Positions 29,262-37,400 of a DNA stretch of 64,000 nt are shown piece by piece. A model generated the notes under the pieces. The model was not told the DNA's origin. It saw nothing but the letters and a program-made list of their open reading frames with translations, and made no database searches. Source of the DNA: an uncultured Arcobacteraceae bacterium. GTDB lineage: Bacteria > Campylobacterota > Campylobacteria > Campylobacterales > Arcobacteraceae. The stretch is from the NCBI GenBank assembly GCA_965603755.1, contig CBFDEF010000001.1, forward strand, positions 2,052 through 66,051, in the 5' to 3' direction. Position numbers and translations under genes: made by a program. The number at the start of each line of letters is the position of its first letter. The first letter of the stretch is position 1.

Positions 29262-30222
29262 TTCACAAATACCTGTATTTGTATGGGGGAATCCAGGGGT
29301 TGGTAAATCTTCACTTGTAGCACAAATTTCACAAGAAAAAAAGATGAAGTTTATAGATTTACGACTTTCTCTTCTTGATCCTACTGACTTAAGAGGTATA
29401 CCATTTTTTAACTCTGATGAGAAAAAAGCAGTTTGGGCAAAACCTGAGTTTTTACCAGATGAGACAAGCCAAGAGTTTGGGATACTTTTTTTAGATGAGA
29501 TAAACTCTGCACCACCTACAATTCAAGCTGCTGCTTACCAACTAATACTTGATAGAAAAATAGGTGAATATACTTTACCAAAAAACTATTCTATTATTGC
29601 AGCTGGAAACTATGAAAGTGATAGAGGGGTAACTTATCGTATGCCTACACCTTTAGCGAATAGATTTGTTCACTTAAACTTTGATATAGATTTTGAGAGT
29701 TGGAAGCTTTGGGCATATAAAGCAAACATAGATAAAAGAATCATCTCTTATCTTAGTTATAAACAAACTGATCTTTTTATGTTTGACCCTAAAAGTGGAA
29801 ATAAATCATTTGCCACTCCTAGAAGCTGGAAGTTTGTAGATGACATTTTAAAATCTAAACTTGATATTAAACTTTTACAAAGTGTTATAAGTGGTGCCAT
29901 TGGTTATGATATTTCAAATGAGTTTATTAACTATTGCAAGGTTATAGATGAGCTACCAAATATCAATAATATTATAGATGGTATAGAAGTAGAAGTTCCA
30001 TCAAAGAACTCTGCACTTTTTGCTATGTGTATTGGGATAGTTTATGCACTAAAAAATAATCTATCTACTCAAAACCTAACAAATGTATTAAACTTCTCAT
30101 TAACTTTAAACGGTGAGTTTGCAGTGATGTTAATAAGAGATATGCAAAAAAATAGTATAGATGTAGAGAGTTCGCCTGCTTGGAGCCGATGGGTAGATGC
30201 ACATAGATTTTTAATAGGATAG
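29218..30222 (+). CDS. MoxR-class AAA+ ATPase (AAA_5-like)
   Basis: Walker A 'GNPGVGKSS', Walker B 'ILFLDEIN', 'IIAAGN', 'ANRF'. Start overlaps the upstream ORF by 44 nt. Confidence 0.8.
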   Translation: MIAIDLKETLVALIDSQIPVFVWGNPGVGKSSLVAQISQEKKMKFIDLRLSLLDPTDLRGIPFFNSDEKKAVWAKPEFLPDETSQEFGILFLDEINSAPPTIQAAAYQLILDRKIGEYTLPKNYSIIAAGNYESDRGVTYRMPTPLANRFVHLNFDIDFESWKLWAYKANIDKRIISYLSYKQTDLFMFDPKSGNKSFATPRSWKFVDDILKSKLDIKLLQSVISGAIGYDISNEFINYCKVIDELPNINNIIDGIEVEVPSKNSALFAMCIGIVYALKNNLSTQNLTNVLNFSLTLNGEFAVMLIRDMQKNSIDVESSPAWSRWVDAHRFLIG

Positions 30223-30234
30223 ATAAATTTCAAA

Positions 30235-31593
30235 ATGAGAAAAAATGAGCTATTAACTAAAGATATTAAAATACTTATAAAACAAATAGCAATACCATCT
30301 AGTATTGGTATGTTTTTTAATACTATGTATAATGTAGTAGATACATTTTATGTAGGGATGATATCTACTGTTGCTATTACAGCTTTATCTTATAGTTTTG
30401 TAGTTTTTTTTATGTTGCTTTCTATTAGTTTTGGTTTCTCATCTGCTATTACTGCTCATGTGGGAAACTCACTAGGGAAACATAAATATTTTTTAGCAAA
30501 GATATTTGTAAGCAATGGTCTAACTTTTATAGCTATAGTCTCAACTATACTATGTAGTTTTGGTTTTATCTTTTTAGAAGATATATTTTCATTGATGGGG
30601 GCAAGTGGAGAATCCCTTGAGTTAGCCTTACAATATACCTATGTGATTTTAATAGGTGTGATACCTATGCTTCTAGGACTTGGAGCAAATGCAGTTTTAA
30701 TATCTTTAGGTGATACTAAAAGCTATAGAAATACACTGGTATTCGGTTTTTTTCTAAATCTTATTTTAGACCCTTTATTTATTTATGGATATGGTTTTGT
30801 ACCTGCTTTTGGATTTAAAGGGGTTGCTTATGCTACTATTTTTATACAGTTTATCACCTTTTCATATATACTTTATAAACTAAACAAAACTAAACTTTTT
30901 AATTTTGAAATGCCAAAACTTTTTTTACCAGATATAAGAATATATAAAAAACTATTAAGACAAGCGCTACCTATGAGTATCAATATGTTTACAATGTCAC
31001 TTGGTACCATGGTGATTATGTATTTTATTTCACACTATGGATATAAAGCAGTTGCTGCTTTTGGGATAGGATATAGAGTTGAGCAGATTATACTTTTGCC
31101 AATGTTAGGATTAAATACTGCAGTTAGTTCAATAGTCGCAAATAACTATGGGGCTAAAAACTATGATAGAATCTTTGAGGTTATTAGTAAATCTTTAAAA
31201 TATGGATATATTATGAGTGCACTTGGGGTAGTACTACTTAGTATATTTGGAAAATATATAATTATGTTGTTTGACAATGACCCTCAAGTTATTAGTATGG
31301 CATATGAGTATGTGATAGTTGAGAGTATCATATTTTTTGCATTTATCACTATTTTTATATCAAATTCTACTCTTCAAGGTATAAAAGAACCATTTATCAT
31401 TCCATATGTAAGCTTATATAGACAACTACTTATGCCTACAATATTTTTATATATCTTAGTAAATATTTTTAATGTTGAGATATTATATGTATGGATATGT
31501 ATGGCAATTATTATCTATAGTGCAGCTATTTGGATCTATATTTATACTCAAAGAAAACTCGTACTTTTATCAAAAAGGACAAAAGGTATATAA
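30235..31593 (+). CDS. MATE-family efflux transporter
   Basis: 452 aa with ~12 predicted TM helices. N-terminal 'PSSIGMFFNTMYNVVDTFYVG' is typical of MatE, and the internal duplication is evident. Confidence 0.9.
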   Translation: MRKNELLTKDIKILIKQIAIPSSIGMFFNTMYNVVDTFYVGMISTVAITALSYSFVVFFMLLSISFGFSSAITAHVGNSLGKHKYFLAKIFVSNGLTFIAIVSTILCSFGFIFLEDIFSLMGASGESLELALQYTYVILIGVIPMLLGLGANAVLISLGDTKSYRNTLVFGFFLNLILDPLFIYGYGFVPAFGFKGVAYATIFIQFITFSYILYKLNKTKLFNFEMPKLFLPDIRIYKKLLRQALPMSINMFTMSLGTMVIMYFISHYGYKAVAAFGIGYRVEQIILLPMLGLNTAVSSIVANNYGAKNYDRIFEVISKSLKYGYIMSALGVVLLSIFGKYIIMLFDNDPQVISMAYEYVIVESIIFFAFITIFISNSTLQGIKEPFIIPYVSLYRQLLMPTIFLYILVNIFNVEILYVWICMAIIIYSAAIWIYIYTQRKLVLLSKRTKGI

Positions 31594-31596
31594 CTT

Positions 31597-32691
31597 ATGA
31601 TAAATATCAAAAAAAGAATAGAACAGGCAAAAGCTCTACTTTTAATAGAGCAGCCCTATTTTGGTTCAATTGCCTCTGCTCAAAAATCCAAACTAAATGA
31701 AGATATTCAAACTTTTACAAGTGACCCTGAGTTTTTCCAATACAACGATGATTATATTGATTGTTTAGGTGATGATGAGTTAAAGTTTATACTTACAAAC
31801 TCTGCAATGCATCAAGCTTTAGGATATGAAAATAGACAAGATGGAAGGATGTCATGGCTTTGGACTATGGCACAAGATTATGCAATAAATTCACTTTTAG
31901 TAAATAACGGTCTTGAACTTCCCGATGCTCTTTTATATGATGATAAATTTGATGAAATGAGCTGTGAAGCTATTTATAAAATTCTTGAAGATGAGATAGA
32001 TGATGATAAGCATACACCCAAAGAGGTAGAAAATATAAGATATGAAAAGATGCCTGATACAAATGAATACGATGAAGACCCCGCAGAAATCACAGATATG
32101 AATCAGCAACTTCTAAACAAAGCTAAACTACAAGGTGATCTTCCTCTTGGAATTGAGATACTAGTTCCTAGACTAAATAAAAGTGAAATATCTTGGAGAG
32201 ATGAACTTTATACAGTTATTGAAAACTCTGTAAAATTTGACTATACTCTATCTCCTCCAAATAAAAGATACTTATGGCAAGGTATCGCACTACCAGCACT
32301 AAGTGGAACAAAAGTAAAAATAGTAATTGCAATAGATAGTTCAGGTTCAATTGATACTAAGCTTTTATCAATATTTTTAAGTGAAACCGAGTCTATATTA
32401 AACCAGTTTGAAAACTTTGAGATAGACCTTCTTATTGCTGATGCCAAAGTACATGAGCATCATATCATATATCCAGGTGACAGTATAGAGTACAATATAA
32501 AAGGTGGAGGTGGTACAAATTTTGAGGAGACATTTAAATATATTGATGAAAATATAAACGATATTACATTGATGTTATATTTTACAGATGGATTAGGTAA
32601 GTTTCCCGAAGATGAGCCATTTTATGATGTTGTATGGGTTATGCCCAAAGAAAGACAAACTCTCCCTTTTGGAAGAGTTATAAATCTCTAA
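31597..32691 (+). CDS. DUF2201-type protein: peptidase-like N-domain (degenerate HExxH) plus vWA domain
   Basis: 'LLIEQPYFGSIA' and 'NSAMHQALG' sit where the family carries HExxH. vWA MIDAS 'AIDSSGSID' and 'YFTDG'. Start is 3 nt after the MATE stop. Confidence 0.75.
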   Translation: MINIKKRIEQAKALLLIEQPYFGSIASAQKSKLNEDIQTFTSDPEFFQYNDDYIDCLGDDELKFILTNSAMHQALGYENRQDGRMSWLWTMAQDYAINSLLVNNGLELPDALLYDDKFDEMSCEAIYKILEDEIDDDKHTPKEVENIRYEKMPDTNEYDEDPAEITDMNQQLLNKAKLQGDLPLGIEILVPRLNKSEISWRDELYTVIENSVKFDYTLSPPNKRYLWQGIALPALSGTKVKIVIAIDSSGSIDTKLLSIFLSETESILNQFENFEIDLLIADAKVHEHHIIYPGDSIEYNIKGGGGTNFEETFKYIDENINDITLMLYFTDGLGKFPEDEPFYDVVWVMPKERQTLPFGRVINL

Positions 32692-32699
32692 AAATATAG

Positions 32700-33383
32700 T
32701 TACTCTTGCATCTCTTTATCTAGAACTTCTATACCTTCATTTACAAGTTTATCTATCTCTATAAATACATCATTTGATGTATTTAAAATAGAATCAAACT
32801 CTTTTACATCTTCAACTAGTTCGTTAAATGAACTAACTGTTTCTAAAGCTATAATTAAATTATTCCCTTTTAATATTGAACCCTCTAAATATTGTAAGTT
32901 TTTCTCTATTTTAGTAATATTATTAGCCATCTTTATAGCTTTGCCTTTGCTGTACTCTTTCATTCTAGTTTTAAGTTTTTCATCATTTTTAATCTTATCA
33001 AGATTAGTGTCTAGATTATCTACAAAATTTTCTGTTTCATCTTTATATACAACAAATTTTTCTCTTAAAACCACAACTTCTCGTTCAGCATTTTTCCATT
33101 TTCTTATAAAGTTTTTTGTATTTTCATTCTTAAATACATACTTAACCTCTTTAGCTTTTGATTGTGCATCTAATGCTTCTTTATAGCTATTTTTAACTGT
33201 ATCTTTTTGTTCAGAAAACTCCTCTATTGCTTCTTTAAACTGTACAAGATATTTTGGGCTATCTTTATATATATAATTTTCTTCAACATATGGCCAAACA
33301 AAAAAGTATCCAATTATGGCTATTAAAATTATTTGAAAAGTTGAAATTCCTGATTTCATATTATTTAATTTATTACTGTGCAT
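32700..33383 (-). CDS. Single-pass membrane-anchored coiled-coil protein, unknown function
   Basis: TM 'FQIILIAIIGYFFVW' followed by ~190 aa of charged helical sequence. Last gene of the sensor operon. Confidence 0.5.
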   Translation of the reverse strand: MHSNKLNNMKSGISTFQIILIAIIGYFFVWPYVEENYIYKDSPKYLVQFKEAIEEFSEQKDTVKNSYKEALDAQSKAKEVKYVFKNENTKNFIRKWKNAEREVVVLREKFVVYKDETENFVDNLDTNLDKIKNDEKLKTRMKEYSKGKAIKMANNITKIEKNLQYLEGSILKGNNLIIALETVSSFNELVEDVKEFDSILNTSNDVFIEIDKLVNEGIEVLDKEMQE

Positions 33384-33445
33384 CTATATCCTTTATTTTA
33401 AAAATTTATTGTATCAAAAGAAGTATTAGGTAATGATTCTAAAAT

Positions 33446-34408
33446 CTATACTTCAAACTGTAGTGTTAATATAAACTCTGTACCTTCTGCTGATGTATTA
33501 ACATCTACTGTTCCGTTTAAATGTTTTTCCATACTCTCTCTTACCATATATAATCCAAGCCCTACGCCTTGACTTTGATGTTTTGTTGTAAAATATGGAT
33601 TAAAGATTTTTGGTAATATATCTTGTTCAATACCATTTGCATTATCTTTTATAATTATTTTTAAATTATTATCATCTGTATACATCTCTACTATAATCTC
33701 TTTTTCTTGCTCTTGCTCAACTTTTACAAGGGCGTCTTGAGAATTTTTTATTATATTTAAAACTACTTGGGATAAACTTCCCTCATTAATATAAAACTCA
33801 ATCTCATCATCTGGAAATTTTGTTGATATTTGCAAATCATCATTTTTTAATGAAGAGGAGATAACATCAATTGTTGTTTTTAATAAGTTTTGAACTATCA
33901 CTTCATTTTTTTCATTTTTTTGATTTACAAAATCTCTAAAGTTGTTAATAATGGAAGATAATTCTTGTGTAGTATCTGCAATATTTTTAATTGCTTTATT
34001 TTCTTCCTCTTCATCAGATAGACCCATATCTCGCATCACTTGCATTCCCGTTGCTGAACTACTTATTGCATTGAGAGGTTGTCTCCACTGATGAGCAATA
34101 TTACTTATTAATTCACCTAGTTGTGCAAATCTTGCTTGATCATTAAGTTGTTTATCTTTAATTCTATTTGATTCTACCTCTTCTTTTACTCTTTGTTCAA
34201 GGTTTTTATTTAAGTCTCTTAACTCTTTTGTTTTTTCATCAACTTTTAACTCTAAATAATTTTTATATTGATCAAGCTCTTCGTTCAGTTTAATCATCTC
34301 AAACTGCTGTCTATCACTTTGTTTAATTATTTTATCAAGTCGTCTGCTTTTTCTTTCATTGTCTTTTAATAATGCAGCAGTATCTATATTTTTTTCTTTT
34401 TCTGACAT
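33446..34408 (-). CDS. Soluble histidine kinase with no recognisable input domain
   Basis: N-terminal coiled coil, H-box 'IAHQWRQPL', 'DNANGIE', 'GVGLGLYMVR'. No TM segment. Start is 3 nt after the giant sensor gene. Confidence 0.8.
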   Translation of the reverse strand: MSEKEKNIDTAALLKDNERKSRRLDKIIKQSDRQQFEMIKLNEELDQYKNYLELKVDEKTKELRDLNKNLEQRVKEEVESNRIKDKQLNDQARFAQLGELISNIAHQWRQPLNAISSSATGMQVMRDMGLSDEEEENKAIKNIADTTQELSSIINNFRDFVNQKNEKNEVIVQNLLKTTIDVISSSLKNDDLQISTKFPDDEIEFYINEGSLSQVVLNIIKNSQDALVKVEQEQEKEIIVEMYTDDNNLKIIIKDNANGIEQDILPKIFNPYFTTKHQSQGVGLGLYMVRESMEKHLNGTVDVNTSAEGTEFILTLQFEV

Positions 34409-34411
34409 GTT

Positions 34412-37400
34412 TTATACCTTTGTTTTTTCTTTTTTACGAGCAACCACAACTGCACTAAACTCAAAAGAGAATTTCTCTTTATTTATAGCTTTAAAATTAT
34501 ATTCTATACTTTGTGCAAATTTTGCAATCTCATAAAATCCAATTCCACCACCATGTTCATGTGTATTTTCTCCAGATCTTCGAAGTTCTCTATATCTTTT
34601 TTTAACACCATCTTGATCAAGTGCTTGTATCTCTAGAAGTTTTGGTTCTATTTTATCTTTATCTTCAATTGATATAATATTTTTACTTCTTAGATAGTAT
34701 TTATCATCATCTGTTTTTTCTACATATATTAAACCTGCTGGTCTTATATCTCTACATACAGTATCTTTTGACTTTGAATATTTCATCATATTTTGTGTAA
34801 GTTCTATTGCCATTGTTGAGATATTTCCCAATATACCTATATTTGATATATTATGTTCTAAAATATCCATACAATGAGTAATAATACCTTGTGTTAATAC
34901 TCCATCATACTCTAAAATTATATCAGGCGATGTTGATGGTTCTTTTATCTCAAATGATATTACAGTCATATCATCATTTCTATCATTATTTACAATCATA
35001 TTTTCATATCTATTCATCTCATATAAAAATATTTCTTCCTGCTCAAACATAGAGTAAGTATGATAATCTTTAATAATATTTCCAAATCTTTTTTTACCAA
35101 AGGGAAAATCTTTCTCTCCACCATTTTGATCTAAGTATCCATCTGTTGTACAATAAAATTTCATACCCTCTTTTACTTCAATAATTGTTTCTTTATACTC
35201 ATAATCCATATCACACTTTTTATAACCTACTGAGTATCTATTCCCTTTTATTGTATTAAAAGTTCCATCTGTATCAATATAAAATAGTGGTGTTTCTGCT
35301 CCTGCAAATTTAAGTATCTGTTGTTTTCTATTATAGTAGATAATTCCACCATCCCAACCTACATTTGAAAGGCTATTTTTTGTCTCTTGTTTTAGAAGTA
35401 TTTTCATTGTTCGATTAAAATATCTCATTATCCAAGCGGGACTCACTTCCATATCTTTATTATTTTTAATTATTGATACTATCTCTCTCTCAACTGCTTT
35501 TACAAGCATAGTTACAAAAGCCCCTGGCACTCCATGACCAGTACAATCAATATACATCAATAAACATTCATCATCATTTCTTAATTCATTAAATAGATAT
35601 ATATCTCCGCCAACTGTATCTTTTGGATGCCAAATTACAAAATAATCTTTAAAATAGTTTCCTAGTAAATTATTATCAGGAATTAAAGCACCTTGAATTA
35701 AAGCTGCATATTCTATAGAATCTCTTGTTTGTTTATGTACTGTTCTAACTTCATTTTCTATTATCTTTTGTTTTGAAATATCTGTAACCATACCAATATA
35801 TGAATCTACATCATGATATGTAATAGGTGTTACAGATAACAATGCTGTAAACTCTTTTCCATTTGATTTTTTAAATGTCTGTTCTAAGTTTTCAACAAAT
35901 CCTTTTTTTTCTATCTCTTCAATTATATATTGCTGTTGATTTTCTACTGTATATACATCGTCAATACTTCTACCAATTATTTTGTTTAATGGCATCTCGT
36001 ATTGTCTTTGTGCATATTTATTTGCATACAATACTTTTCTATTTTCTTTTGAAGTGATAAGAACAGGAAGTAAAATATTTGATAATATTTGTTCTGTCTC
36101 ATACTGTGCCTTTTCTATCACTTCAAACTGTTCTTTTAAATCTTTTGTTTGCTCTTCAACTTTCTTTTCAAGATTTATTTTTAGCTCTTCAACCTCTTTT
36201 TTATTTGTAATATCAACTCTTAAAGCACTATACCCTATATGATTATTTTTATTATCGTATATTGGTTCGAACTTAGATTCTAGCCAATAGTATGAACCAT
36301 CTTTTTTTAAGTTTTTAATATCTGTTTTAAAACAAGATTGTTTTTGAAGTAAGTCCCATAGCTCAATAAAAACTTCATTTGGCATATCTGGGTGTCTTAA
36401 CATACTATGAGGTTTACCTAAAAGCTCATCCTTACTATATCCAGATATTTCACAAAATGCTTCACTTACATGTGTAATGATTCCATTTAAATCAGTATGA
36501 GAAAAGATAACATTTTTTTCAAATGAAGCTACTAAATTTTCCAATTCATTTTTTTGATTCTCTATATCAGCTGTTTTCTTTTCAACCGTTGTTTTTAATT
36601 TATAGTTACTCAATAAAACAACTACTAAACCTAGAAATATAATACCTGATACTTGTCCAACTAATAGCCAGTCAGTCTCTTTTTGAATTGTTACTTCAGT
36701 CCATTTATAATAAATATCACTTAGCTCTTTTTCACTTATATCAGATATTGCTTTATCTAATATTGAGATAATCTCTGTAGGCATATTTTTTTGTATTGCA
36801 ATTTTTATATCAAAATTAAAGTCAATCTTTGTTGCAATTCTTATATCAGTATAACCCTTTCTTTTTATAAAATATTGTGCCGTTGAAGCGTTAACAACAA
36901 ATATATCAATTTTTTTATCATTTAAACTATCAAATCCCTCTTTTGTTGAATTTAGTATTTGCAAGTTAAGCATAGGATATGTTGTTCTTATATAGTTTTC
37001 TAATGCATTTCCCTTTACTATTGCTACTCTTTTATTTTCTAGAGCATTTTTGATGTCTATATATACTGTATCATCATCTACTCTAGTTACTAATACTGCT
37101 GGAGTTGAATATATTTTTTTTGTAGTAAATTGAGCATATTTTTTTCTCTCTTCATTTTCTACAACTGCACTATACATATTCACTTCATTATTTTCCATTT
37201 TTCTTACAGATTCTTTCCATGATTTTGTACTTATAGGGATAAATTCTATATTAGTTTTTGATGATATTAGACTAAGTACATCAGGTATTATTCCGCTGTG
37301 TTTACCTAGTTCATTTGTCCATTCAAATGGTGCCCAATCTGGATTATAAACATAAGTTAGTGATTGTTTTCTATCCAATAATTTTTGTTCTTCTTCAGTA

